Source: Massilicoli timonensis (GTDB lineage Bacteria; Bacillota_I; Bacilli_A; Erysipelotrichales; Erysipelotrichaceae). From it: a stretch of DNA of 32,000 nucleotides. The notes beneath the pieces are model-generated. The model was given only the letters and a program-made list of their open reading frames with translations, was not told where the DNA came from and made no database searches. This document shows positions 1 through 8,816 of the stretch, in pieces. Where the stretch lies: contig NZ_LT963434.1 of the NCBI RefSeq assembly GCF_900199515.1, forward strand, positions 1,472,180-1,504,179. The letters run 5' to 3'. Position 1 is the first letter of the stretch. Each line of letters begins with the position of its first letter. A program made the position numbers and the translations under genes.

Positions 1-2
1 AC

Positions 3-83
3 TTGCCTGATGCAAGGGCAGAAGTCTTAAAGGATATGAGCGGAAAGGATCGCATGCTGTTTGTGTATTTCGGTATCAAATAG
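3..83 (+). CDS. 3' end of an unidentified upstream gene (partial)
   Basis: Frame 3 is open from the window edge to TAG at 81-83. The tail reads ...LPDARAEVLKDMSGKDRMLFVYFGIK*. Too short to name. Confidence 0.3.
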   Translation: MPDARAEVLKDMSGKDRMLFVYFGIK

Positions 84-214
84 AGAAAAGAATGAAAAAA
101 GGATCGTGAAGCAATGTGAAAGCGATCTTTTTTTGTATGATTTTATTTGAACGGGGAATCCTTTTCGTAATAAATGATCCCGTTAGATTTTACATACTTT
201 TAACTTGGCATGTA

Positions 215-243
215 TTTACGGAAAGAAGAGAATCTGTTAGAAT
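215..243 (+). promoter_or_regulatory. Sigma-A type promoter for the riboswitch/ATPase transcript
   Basis: TTTACG (215-220), 17-nt spacer, TAGAAT (238-243), preceded by a TG extension (TGtTAGAAT, 235-243). The predicted TSS near 250 coincides with the start of the aptamer. Confidence 0.5.
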
Positions 244-250
244 AAATGGC

Positions 251-375
251 AATGAGGGAGTAGTCTCACGAAATGTGTGATGTTGCCAACATACGCGAAT
301 AGAACTCTATTCTGGGGCATCTTAAAGACAAGACTCGTTAAAAGATAGGATCTTTAGCGAACTTGTCTTTTTTGT
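251..375 (+). promoter_or_regulatory. yybP-ykoY-like (Mn2+) riboswitch aptamer plus terminator expression platform
   Basis: The P1 candidate AAUGAG (251-256) pairs with CUCGUU (334-339). Family hallmark strings are present: GGAGUAG (257-263), UUGCCAACAUAC (283-294) and AAAGACAAGAC (324-334). There is a GAAUAG-AACU-CUAUUC hairpin at 297-312. A terminator stem AAAGACAAG (324-332) / CUUGUCUUU (362-370) with a U-run to 373 shares its 5' arm with the conserved 3' aptamer strand. Confidence 0.65.
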
Positions 376-407
376 TTGTTTCGCTAAAGAAGAAGGAGGA
401 GGAAACG

Positions 408-2990
408 ATGTATTATCGAAAACCGGCAGAGGAAGTCATCAAAGAATTCAATTCTTCTAAAGAAGGACTTACTTTAGAACAAGTGAAACAAAATCAGGAA
501 GCATATGGAAGCAATCAATTGGCTCTGACAAAGAAAGATGGGGCATGCAAGATTTTTATCAAGCAGTTTCAAGATCTGCTCGTCATCATCTTGATCATCG
601 CAGCGATGATTTCGGGACTGAGCGGACAGTGGGAAAGTACGGTCGTTATCGTAACCGTTATTGTCATCAATGCCATTCTCGGTACGGTGCAGACGTTAAA
701 AGCAGAAAAATCACTGGACAGCTTAAAGAAACTGTCAATTCCCAAAGCAAAGGTCGTGCGTGAAGGCACGCTTCAGGAAATTGCTTCTTCTGCACTGACC
801 GTCGGCGATATCGTGCAGATCGAAGCAGGCGATGTAGTAAGCGGCGATGGGCGCATCATTCAATGCGCTGCCCTTCAAGTCAATGAGAGCGCATTGACCG
901 GTGAAGTAGAGAGCGTGCATAAAACGGTGGATGCCTTAAATAAAGAGTTAATTGTCGGTGATCAGAAAAACATGGTGTTCTCCGGCAGTCTGGTTACGAA
1001 TGGAACCGGTCGATATGTGGTAACCGCTATTGGCATGCATACCGAAATCGGCAAGATCGCGTCTATGCTGAATCAGGCAAAAGAACGCAAAACTCCGTTA
1101 CAGAAAAGCTTAGATGAATTCAGTGGAAAACTGTCGCTTGTGATCATACTGGTTTCGCTTGTCGTGTTAGGACTCAATCTCTTTTTAGCGAAACAGTCTT
1201 TATTAGATGCGCTGATGATCGCAGTGGCGCTTGCGGTAGCGGCAATCCCGGAAGCGCTTAGTTCGATCGTAACGATCGTTTTATCTGTGAGCACGCAAAA
1301 GATGGTAAAAGAACATGCGATCCTAAAAAACCTGAATGCTGTGGAAAGCTTAGGCTGCGTGTCGGTCATATGCAGCGATAAAACGGGAACGCTGACTCAA
1401 AATAAAATGACGCCGCAGACGATTTACTTTTATGATAACCGCATGCAGATAGAGGACTTGGATTCACAAAATCATGATCATAGCGTTTTATTGAAGTGCT
1501 GTCTGCTTTGCAACAATGCGGTCGTAAATGAAGAACAGCGAATCGGAGATCCGACAGAACTGGCGCTGATCGATCTGGTACAGACGCATACCGAACATGA
1601 TTTTCGCTTTCAAAATACTGCGGTGCGCAGACAAGAGCTGCCTTTTGATTCGGAGCGCAAGCTCATGAGCGTCGCCTCTTTGCATCATATTTATACAAAA
1701 GGCGCGCCGGATGTGATAGTAGAACGCTGCGATACGATCTTGGTAAACGGTAAAAAAGAAGCGCTGACAAGCAAACAGATCGAAACGATCAAACAGGAAA
1801 ACAAGCGCTGTGCGGAAAATGGCCTGCGCGTGCTGGGCTTTGCGTATCGCTCCTTTCAAAAAGAAACATTGACATTTGAAGAGGAATACCATTTGACCTT
1901 TGTCGGACTGGTATCTTTGATGGATCCACCGAGAATAGAAAGCGCGGAAGCGGTAAAGCAGTGTAAATCAGCAGGTATTAGACCGATCATGATTACCGGC
2001 GATCATGTCATTACCGCAAGAGCCATCGCCAAGCAGATCGGGATTTATGAGGATGGAGATCTATCTGTGGAAGGACGAGAACTGGAAGCGATGAGCGAGG
2101 CAGAATTGGCAGACAAACTGCCGCACATCAGCGTCTATGCACGTGTTGCACCGGAGCATAAGATACGAATCGTAGAAGCATGGCAAAAACGCGGTGATAT
2201 CGTGGCGATGACCGGTGATGGTGTGAATGACGCACCGGCCTTAAAACAGAGCGATATCGGTGTTGCAATGGGGATCACCGGGACAGAAGTGTCAAAAGAC
2301 GCCGCAAGCATGATCTTGACTGATGATAATTTTTCCACGATCGTCAAAGCGATCATTACCGGCAGAAATGTTTACCGTAATATCAAAAATGCGATCAATT
2401 ATTTATTATCGGGAAATTTTGCGGGGATCGTATGTGTGTTTGTTTCTTCTTTGTTTTTGTTGCCGACTCCGTTTTATCCGGTGCATCTGCTGTTCATGAA
2501 CTTAATTACCGATTCATTACCTGCGATTGCGATCGGTATGGAGAAAAGCCATCGTGATGTTTTGCGGGAAAAACCTCGTAAAACAGACGAATCATTGTTA
2601 AATCGCAGTACCCTTCTTCAGATCGGCTTTGAAGGAATGATCATTGCCCTTTGTACGATGGGCGCTTATCTGTATGGTTTACAAAGTGATCCTGCACGTG
2701 CTTCGACAATGGCTTTCGCGACCATCTGCTTGGCGCGCTTGCTGCACGGCTTTAACTGCCGAAGTGAAAGCCCGCTGTATCAGGCTGGTGTTTTTTCCAA
2801 TCGCTTCAGTGTGGCCGCGTTTTTGATCGGCGCAGCTCTGCTTCATCTTGTTTTGTTTGTGCCGTTTTTACAGGGCATGTTTCTGATCAAGCCGTTAAGT
2901 ATCTCACAGTTGGCACTTGTTGATCTGTTTGCTTTACTGGTGGTATTGATCGTGCAGCTCAGAAAAAGCATCATGTATAAACAAAGGTGA
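408..2990 (+). CDS. P2-type cation-transporting ATPase (Ca2+/Mn2+ pump-like)
   Basis: P-type motifs are present: LTGE (A domain), CSDKTGTLT (phosphorylation site), MITGDH and MTGDGVNDAPALK. There are about 10 predicted TM segments. ATG 408 follows AAGGAGGAGG (393-402); the 15-codon N-terminal extension in the ORF track has no RBS. Confidence 0.9.
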   Translation: MYYRKPAEEVIKEFNSSKEGLTLEQVKQNQEAYGSNQLALTKKDGACKIFIKQFQDLLVIILIIAAMISGLSGQWESTVVIVTVIVINAILGTVQTLKAEKSLDSLKKLSIPKAKVVREGTLQEIASSALTVGDIVQIEAGDVVSGDGRIIQCAALQVNESALTGEVESVHKTVDALNKELIVGDQKNMVFSGSLVTNGTGRYVVTAIGMHTEIGKIASMLNQAKERKTPLQKSLDEFSGKLSLVIILVSLVVLGLNLFLAKQSLLDALMIAVALAVAAIPEALSSIVTIVLSVSTQKMVKEHAILKNLNAVESLGCVSVICSDKTGTLTQNKMTPQTIYFYDNRMQIEDLDSQNHDHSVLLKCCLLCNNAVVNEEQRIGDPTELALIDLVQTHTEHDFRFQNTAVRRQELPFDSERKLMSVASLHHIYTKGAPDVIVERCDTILVNGKKEALTSKQIETIKQENKRCAENGLRVLGFAYRSFQKETLTFEEEYHLTFVGLVSLMDPPRIESAEAVKQCKSAGIRPIMITGDHVITARAIAKQIGIYEDGDLSVEGRELEAMSEAELADKLPHISVYARVAPEHKIRIVEAWQKRGDIVAMTGDGVNDAPALKQSDIGVAMGITGTEVSKDAASMILTDDNFSTIVKAIITGRNVYRNIKNAINYLLSGNFAGIVCVFVSSLFLLPTPFYPVHLLFMNLITDSLPAIAIGMEKSHRDVLREKPRKTDESLLNRSTLLQIGFEGMIIALCTMGAYLYGLQSDPARASTMAFATICLARLLHGFNCRSESPLYQAGVFSNRFSVAAFLIGAALLHLVLFVPFLQGMFLIKPLSISQLALVDLFALLVVLIVQLRKSIMYKQR

Positions 2991-3307
2991 TTTTGCCAAG
3001 GGCACCGCATAAAGATCACAACAGAAGTGTATTTGATTGAGGCGAATGTTTATGCTTCAAAGAGCACGGTTTCAGTAGTACAGCTGCTTTTTGGCTTGCT
3101 TAACAAGTGCGGCTATAATCTTACGTGGCAGTGTCGCCAAGACTTGGCAAGCATATTTCTTTCTTTTCAGTGGAAGTGATGTGATCCTGCTTTTCAAAAG
3201 AATTCTACAAATTTCTGTTTTCATTTACAGATTATTATTTTATAATAAGAGCCTAAGAGAAAACGATCGACTGATTCTCTTACTGAACCTGTGAAGGGGG
3301 AATTGTG

Positions 3308-3643
3308 ATGTCAAGAAAAACAAGTTCATGGTTAAGACGTCCTTATTGGGGTGTCTGTATCGTATCTGCCATTCTTTGTGCGATGGTTGCGAGCGTGGTC
3401 CTCGTTTATTGTCGGGATCATGGTACGCTGCCGTTGATTGCGACGATCCTGACAGTCGTCTTGCTGGTGATCACTTTATTTCTGCTGGTCAGAAATCTGC
3501 GGATCGCGCGTATTCAAAAGGAAATGCAGGCAGAGCTTTATAACGATCTGAAACGAAAAGGCAGTCATAACTGTCCGAAATGCGGCAACCGTGTCGGCAT
3601 GCACGATGTGTTCTGCAATCACTGCGGCACGAAATTAAGATGA
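3308..3643 (+). CDS. Small membrane protein (2 predicted TM) with C-terminal zinc ribbon
   Basis: RBS GAAGGGGG precedes the ATG at 3308. There are two hydrophobic helices, then CPKC-x13-CNHC near the C-terminus. Confidence 0.6.
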   Translation: MSRKTSSWLRRPYWGVCIVSAILCAMVASVVLVYCRDHGTLPLIATILTVVLLVITLFLLVRNLRIARIQKEMQAELYNDLKRKGSHNCPKCGNRVGMHDVFCNHCGTKLR

Positions 3644-3834
3644 TCGCTGCTGTAATATTGATTTTATTATTGATCGGAATCTCGGTTTGGATCGTTTGGC
3701 GTAAACGCAGCACACACAAGGTGGATCTTTCTAAGATCAACGGTGAAGTATATGATGAGGTGTGCGCGTATTGCGGAAGCATGATGAAAGCAAACGATCG
3801 ATATTGCCCAAACTGTTTGAAGGAGCGAAAGTAG
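3640..3834 (+). CDS. Small membrane protein (1 predicted TM) with C-terminal zinc ribbon
   Basis: The internal ATG at 3640 overlaps the previous stop (ATGA). It starts with an N-terminal hydrophobic helix MIAAVILILLLIGISVWIVW and carries CAYC-x10-CPNC. The upstream 20 codons of the track ORF lie inside the preceding gene. Confidence 0.55.
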   Translation: MIAAVILILLLIGISVWIVWRKRSTHKVDLSKINGEVYDEVCAYCGSMMKANDRYCPNCLKERK

Positions 3835-3850
3835 AAAGGAGGATGCGGCA

Positions 3851-5722
3851 ATGGCGGATATCATTGTGATCGGCGGCGGACATGCCGGTGTAGAAGCGGC
3901 GCTTGCCTGTGCGAGATTAAAAAAAGATACGATTCTCTATACGATGCACATTGATATGATTGCGTCTATGCCGTGTAATCCAAGCATTGGCGGTCCGGCT
4001 AAGGGAATCGTCGTAAGAGAGATCGATGCGCTTGGCGGAGAAATGGGAAAAGCCGCAGATGCGACGGCGCTTCAGTTTAAGATGCTGAATACGACCAAAG
4101 GACCGGGCGTACAGTGTCTGCGGGTACAGTCTGATAAACTGGCCTATGCGCGCTATATGCAAAAACAGGTCCTGAACCAGGAGCATCTGGAAGTAAGAGA
4201 AATGATCGTAGAGCGCATTGTGGTCGAAAACGGTGTGATCAAAGGAGTCGTTTTGGCTGATGGCAGCATGGAGCCATGTCAAGCGCTGATCATGACCAGC
4301 GGGACTTTTATGAGTGCGAAGGTGATGGTCGGACATACGGTTAAGGAAAGCGGTCCGGACGATGAACCGACAACGCCGCATTTATCGCAGTCGCTGCGTG
4401 ATGCGGGCATTTCCACATTCCGCTTAAAGACCGGAACACCGGCTCGCGTCTATACCGACAGCATTGATTTTTCCAAGACCGAAGTGCAGCCGGGAACAGA
4501 TGCTTTTGTATCATTTTCTTATGAAACCAAAAATATTCTCCCTTTCGCAAAACAGCAGGTTTGTTATTTGACCTATACCAATGCGAAAACACATCAGATC
4601 ATTCGTGATAATCTGGAAAAGAGTGCGATGTATTCCGGATTGGTGGAAGGCGTCGGTCCGCGTTATTGCCCGTCGATCGAAGACAAACTGGTACGCTTTG
4701 CCGATAAAGAGCGGCATCAGCTGTTTTTAGAACCGGAATCGCTGGAACTGGATACGACTTACGTACAGGGCTTTTCTACTTCGATGCCGCATGATGTGCA
4801 GGAAGCGATGCTGCATTCTTTGGCGGGATTGGAGCATTGCCGGATCAAAAAATATGCGTATGCGATCGAATATGATGCGATCGACCCATTGCAGATGAAG
4901 CCTTCTTTAGAAAGCAAGGTCGTCGAAAACTTATTTACGGCGGGACAGATCAACGGTACCAGCGGCTATGAGGAAGCGGCCGGTCAGGGACTGCTTGCGG
5001 GCATCAATGCCTGTTTGAAGCTGGATGGGAAAGAACCGCTGATCTTAAGCAGAGATGAAGCGTATCTCGGTGTTTTGATCGATGATCTGGTAACCAAAGG
5101 CACCAAAGAACCTTACCGTTTATTGACTTCACGTGCGGAGTATCGCCTGCTGTTAAGGCATGATAATGCCGATGCCCGGTTAAGCGCATATGGCCATGCG
5201 ATCGGTTTGATCAGTGAAGAACGCTATGACCGTTTTTGCCAAAAGCAGGAAGCGATCAAGCAGCTGCTGGAGTTATTGGAAAACGCGCGCTTTACCCCGA
5301 AATCAGAGATCAATGCTTATCTGGCAGAGCAGGGATATGAAGCGCTGAGCGAAGGGATCAGTGCCAAGGTGCTGTTAAAGCGTCCGCATCTGGATATTCG
5401 CAAAATCTTATCCTATTTGCAGGTAGAAGCAGATGAGGAAGTGATGCAGCAGGTCGCCATTGAATTAAAATATGAAGGCTATATTCAAAAGGCCAGACGT
5501 GATGCCAGACACTTAAAACAGATGGAAGCCGTAAAAATACCGGCAGGTATTGATTATGGAGCGATCGAGCATTTGTCATTGGAAGCCAGACAGAAATTAG
5601 CGCAGATCCAGCCGGTTACGATGGGACAGGCATCTCGCATTTCCGGTGTAAATCCGGCTGATATTGCAGTGCTCTCTGTCTATTTGGAAAATCAGAAACG
5701 CAAAAAGAGGAAATCAGAATAG
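3851..5722 (+). CDS. mnmG: tRNA uridine 5-carboxymethylaminomethyl modification enzyme MnmG (GidA)
   Basis: N-terminal FAD-binding motif VIGGGHAGVEAA, the typical length of about 620 aa, and conserved blocks (GPRYCPSIEDK, AGQINGTSGYEEAA). RBS is GAAAGGAGGA. Confidence 0.95.
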   Translation: MADIIVIGGGHAGVEAALACARLKKDTILYTMHIDMIASMPCNPSIGGPAKGIVVREIDALGGEMGKAADATALQFKMLNTTKGPGVQCLRVQSDKLAYARYMQKQVLNQEHLEVREMIVERIVVENGVIKGVVLADGSMEPCQALIMTSGTFMSAKVMVGHTVKESGPDDEPTTPHLSQSLRDAGISTFRLKTGTPARVYTDSIDFSKTEVQPGTDAFVSFSYETKNILPFAKQQVCYLTYTNAKTHQIIRDNLEKSAMYSGLVEGVGPRYCPSIEDKLVRFADKERHQLFLEPESLELDTTYVQGFSTSMPHDVQEAMLHSLAGLEHCRIKKYAYAIEYDAIDPLQMKPSLESKVVENLFTAGQINGTSGYEEAAGQGLLAGINACLKLDGKEPLILSRDEAYLGVLIDDLVTKGTKEPYRLLTSRAEYRLLLRHDNADARLSAYGHAIGLISEERYDRFCQKQEAIKQLLELLENARFTPKSEINAYLAEQGYEALSEGISAKVLLKRPHLDIRKILSYLQVEADEEVMQQVAIELKYEGYIQKARRDARHLKQMEAVKIPAGIDYGAIEHLSLEARQKLAQIQPVTMGQASRISGVNPADIAVLSVYLENQKRKKRKSE

Positions 5723-5728
5723 GAAGAA

Positions 5729-5766
5729 GCACCCTTCATGCTATCGCACAAAAAGGGTGTTTTTTG
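5729..5766 (+). terminator. Rho-independent terminator after mnmG
   Basis: Stem GCACCCTT (5729-5736) / AAGGGTGT (5753-5760), followed by a T-run at 5760-5765. Confidence 0.75.
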
Positions 5767-5814
5767 CATGTGGTGCTGCTGATAAAAGAAATCGTCGTTA
5801 ATGATCGAACCTAT

Positions 5815-5842
5815 TTAGAAAAACAGATATCGGTGCTATAAT
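5815..5842 (+). promoter_or_regulatory. Promoter of the alaX-like gene
   Basis: TTAGAA (5815-5820), 16-nt spacer, extended -10 TGcTATAAT (5834-5842). Confidence 0.45.
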
Positions 5843-5877
5843 AAAAGAAAAGAAAACGGAAAAAAGGAGAAAGGCAT

Positions 5878-6996
5878 ATGAACAATTATTATGATGATTA
5901 TGAAGTATGTACCTGTACCACAAAGATCAAAGAAGAAAAGGATGGTTATTACGCCTTTGAAGATACGATCTTTTATGGGGAAAAAGGCGGCATGCTTGCA
6001 GATCAGGGGACGATCAATCAGCTGCCGGTCATTGATCTGAAGTGGGAAGGGGAAGAACTTTATCATAAAGTGGCAGGTAGTTTGTGCGATCCGATCGAAA
6101 TGTGTGTCGATGAGGAAACAAGACGCATCAATACAACGGTGCAAAGTGTTTTGCATCTATTAGATGGATATTATGAAAAACAGGGCTTTTCTATTCCTAC
6201 GGTCGGTGTACAGCCGGATAACCAGTGGTATGAGGTCAACAGCAAGACGATCAGCGAAGAAGATCTGAAACAGACAGAAGCTTTTATCAATGAGGTCATT
6301 CGTCAAGATATCAGTATGACGATCACCTATATGAACGGCAAAGACTATCCGGACCCGTTTTATCAAAAATTTGAAGAACTGCGGGTGGTTTCATTTGGCG
6401 ATATCAATACCCAGCCATGCGGTACGCTGCATGTCAATCATATGGGACAGCTGGAAAGCTTTGTGATCTTAGATCATGAAAAGACGGCAAAAGGTACAAA
6501 GGTCTATTTCAGCGTTTATCATGCGACCAACCAGAAATTAAAGGAATGTTACCGTTTGGTAAAAGAAGCTGCCAAAGCAGCCGGTGTAAAGAAAGAAGAA
6601 CTGTGCGCACGCATTGAAGAGTTAAGCAAAAGCACAAAACAGATGAAGAAAGAATTGGCTGAGGTCAAAAAGCAGCTGGTCGCTGTAAAGGTGCAGGAAT
6701 TGTTGCAGAAGGAAGCGGCAGTGATCGCTTATGACGGTGAGGATGCTAACGACATCAGAACAGCGGCACAGGCAATGATGAATCAGGTTGACGGCAATAA
6801 AGTGATTTATATGACAAGCGGTGATGCGATTCATTTTGCGATCGTATCCGGAAAAAATGAAGCCCGCACGATTTTAGAAGCGATCAAGGCATCGTTTGAA
6901 GTAACCGGCGGCGGTTCTCCTAAGATCGTAACGGCAAAAGCAGAGGTAGGCAAAGATGCTTTCTTAGAAGCACTGGCAAAGATCGTATCACAGTAA
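5878..6996 (+). CDS. AlaX-L-like alanyl-tRNA editing protein (tRNA_SAD editing core plus C-terminal DHHA1-like domain)
   Basis: The N-terminal FYGEKGGMLADQGTI block resembles the AlaX/AlaRS FYPxGGGQxxDxG block. There is a CGTLH (CxxxH) zinc motif, and C-terminal GGGSPKIVTAKA resembles the AlaRS/AlaX DHHA1 GGGG loop. RBS is AAAAGGAGAAAGG. Confidence 0.6.
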   Translation: MNNYYDDYEVCTCTTKIKEEKDGYYAFEDTIFYGEKGGMLADQGTINQLPVIDLKWEGEELYHKVAGSLCDPIEMCVDEETRRINTTVQSVLHLLDGYYEKQGFSIPTVGVQPDNQWYEVNSKTISEEDLKQTEAFINEVIRQDISMTITYMNGKDYPDPFYQKFEELRVVSFGDINTQPCGTLHVNHMGQLESFVILDHEKTAKGTKVYFSVYHATNQKLKECYRLVKEAAKAAGVKKEELCARIEELSKSTKQMKKELAEVKKQLVAVKVQELLQKEAAVIAYDGEDANDIRTAAQAMMNQVDGNKVIYMTSGDAIHFAIVSGKNEARTILEAIKASFEVTGGGSPKIVTAKAEVGKDAFLEALAKIVSQ

Positions 6997-7046
6997 GTGA
7001 TAAAACAAAGATGAGCCCTCGGTCATGACGTTTTAGAATATAAAAG

Positions 7047-7118
7047 AAAAGAGGTCGCAGCCAAACAGATGATTTCAAGAAAATGAAATGATTCTATTCG
7101 GAGGCAACGACCTCTTTT
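7047..7118. terminator. Long composite hairpin between convergent genes (probable bidirectional terminator)
   Basis: AAAAGAGGTCG (7047-7057) pairs with CGACCTCTTTT (7108-7118), and pairing extends via GCC/GGC. An inner ATTTCA/TGAAAT hairpin is present. A/T runs flank both sides. Confidence 0.5.
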
Positions 7119-7163
7119 TATGATTGCGGCAGGAGCAGTTTACCGTTTACGGGCAAAATGTTT

Positions 7164-8294
7164 TTATAACATCGCTTCTCCGTGCACATATGTTTGTATC
7201 ACATGGTAATTTCGATCATATACGGTCAAATCGGCAATATATCCTTCTCGGATCAGTCCTTTTTCATGATCGATCCCCAGCATTCTGGCAGGATTGATCG
7301 TTACGGCGTTTACTGCTGTCACAAGTGGCAGTTTGCCTTTTTCTGTCATATCTTTGATATTTGCGATCATCGGTTTTAAGCTGCCGGCGATTTTACCATT
7401 CAATAGTCTGGCGACACCGTCATCACACACTCGGGTCAAACCGCCTTCCGCCTCATAAATACCGGGCGCCAGTCCTTTCAAACTGGTGGAATCGGTTACA
7501 GAAATCAACTTGTCTTTTCCTTTCATTGTTCCGACTAATTGCATGATTGCCGGATGAACATGAATGCCATCGCTCATCACTTCACAATATACGTCATCAC
7601 AAAGCATTGCGGCGGCTGGTAAATTCGGTTCACGGCTCATCATCGGACTCATGCAGTTAAAACAGTGAATCACATTGCTTGCTCCTTCACGGATCGCCTG
7701 CATTGCTTCTTCATAGCGTACACCGCTAAATCCCATACATACTTTAATGCCTTGTTTTACACAATACTTCAATGTTTCATGTTCATGATCTTCTTCTACC
7801 GCCAAACTAATCGTACGAATGGTATTTCTGGAACAAGCGATGTATTCTTTTACCTGTTCTACTGTCGGCGCTTTTAACAAGAACTTGTTATATGTGCCGC
7901 AATACTGATGGCTCATAAACGGCGCCTGTAAAAAGGTACCGTATATTTCCGCGCCATGCGGCTTTTCATCCATTACATCCGCCACGGCAATAAGCGATTT
8001 TTTGATTTTATCTTCCGTAGTCACATTGATTCCGACCAGAAACGTGGTAACACCTTCTTTTACATAGTAATGCGCCCACTTTTTCAAAAACGCCGCATCG
8101 CCGTCGGCGGCACCTCCCCCTTGATAACCGTGCGTATGAATATCGATCAGCCCCGGAATGATGTAATGATCTCCGTAATCTATTGCCTGCTTTGTTTTCT
8201 TTCGGATGATCTGTTTGATGCGATTCCCTTCTATTTCAATAGTTGCAGGTACAAATTCCTCATTCAGCCAAACATGATTTCCTGTAATCAGCAT
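7164..8294 (-). CDS. nagA: N-acetylglucosamine/galactosamine-6-phosphate deacetylase (amidohydrolase family)
   Basis: Metal-binding IDIHTHGYQGG motif, about 376 aa, and a position as last gene of an amino-sugar PTS operon. Confidence 0.8.
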   Translation of the reverse strand: MLITGNHVWLNEEFVPATIEIEGNRIKQIIRKKTKQAIDYGDHYIIPGLIDIHTHGYQGGGAADGDAAFLKKWAHYYVKEGVTTFLVGINVTTEDKIKKSLIAVADVMDEKPHGAEIYGTFLQAPFMSHQYCGTYNKFLLKAPTVEQVKEYIACSRNTIRTISLAVEEDHEHETLKYCVKQGIKVCMGFSGVRYEEAMQAIREGASNVIHCFNCMSPMMSREPNLPAAAMLCDDVYCEVMSDGIHVHPAIMQLVGTMKGKDKLISVTDSTSLKGLAPGIYEAEGGLTRVCDDGVARLLNGKIAGSLKPMIANIKDMTEKGKLPLVTAVNAVTINPARMLGIDHEKGLIREGYIADLTVYDRNYHVIQTYVHGEAML

Positions 8295-8315
8295 GTTCTC
8301 ACTCCTCTCTTCTTC

Positions 8316-8789
8316 CTATAAGTATTTCACGATATCTTCTCTTGGATCAGAAGGCACCATTTGCACAGACAGCGATACCCCCTTTTCCACGAGCATATGT
8401 AGCTGCTCTTCATCTTCCGGTGTGACACAAACTGTTTTTACCAATGTGCGTGAACGCACGGAACCGTTGAGATTGCCGATCGTTACCTCTTTCAGCGGAA
8501 ATCCCTGTTCTAAAAGCCGCACTAGCGTATCAATGGTCTTTACGATGATAAAAATGCGATCTTCTCCGTATTTTTCGCTTTTTATGTTTTTTGTTGCGGT
8601 TTCCACATCTAAAATACTTAGTTTACATACTTTAGGACACGCCATCTTCAAGATACTTTTCATCAGCGTATCTTGAATGACATCATTATCGATCACCATG
8701 ATCCGCGTCGCTTTTAAGGTGCCGGTCCACATCACCGCAACCTGTCCGTGAATGAGTCTTGAATCTACGCGTATGTTTACAATTTCCAT
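8316..8789 (-). CDS. PTS mannose/sorbose/N-acetylgalactosamine family EIIB component
   Basis: N-terminal IRVDSRLIHGQV motif containing the phosphorylatable His. About 157 aa. Confidence 0.85.
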   Translation of the reverse strand: MEIVNIRVDSRLIHGQVAVMWTGTLKATRIMVIDNDVIQDTLMKSILKMACPKVCKLSILDVETATKNIKSEKYGEDRIFIIVKTIDTLVRLLEQGFPLKEVTIGNLNGSVRSRTLVKTVCVTPEDEEQLHMLVEKGVSLSVQMVPSDPREDIVKYL

Positions 8790-8816
8790 GTTTTTCCTCC
8801 TGTCATGACGAATGAC

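Noticed and set aside
363-407. N-terminal extensions offered by the ORF track (363 for the ATPase, 9716 for IID, 10455 for IIC, 10639 for GntR, 12278 for potA, 16912 for murA, 26956 for rSAM, 28319 for the maturation protein, 29445 for the ACP-like gene)
   Set aside because: In each case an internal ATG with a strong GGAGG-type RBS starts the conserved part of the protein. The extension overlaps the upstream gene, the riboswitch or promoter DNA.
1488-1892. 134-aa minus-strand ORF, along with similar antisense ORFs at 569-769, 735-920, 1073-1369 and 2135-2356, inside the ATPase gene
   Set aside because: It is fully embedded antisense in a gene with unambiguous P-type ATPase motifs, has no RBS, and gives a low-complexity translation. 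These are shadow ORFs.
3917-4381. 154-aa minus-strand ORF inside mnmG, and other antisense ORFs at 4341-5579
   Set aside because: It is antisense to a highly conserved gene and has no start context. This is a shadow ORF.
5767-5877. T-box or other leader RNA upstream of the AlaX-like gene
   Set aside because: Only about 35 nt lie between the predicted -10 and the RBS. That is far too short for a T-box or riboswitch.
8293-8676. 127-aa plus-strand ORF opposite the PTS IIB gene; also 9127-9450 and 9725-10057 opposite IID/IIC
   Set aside because: They are antisense to well-supported PTS genes and give Ser/Thr-rich nonsense translations.
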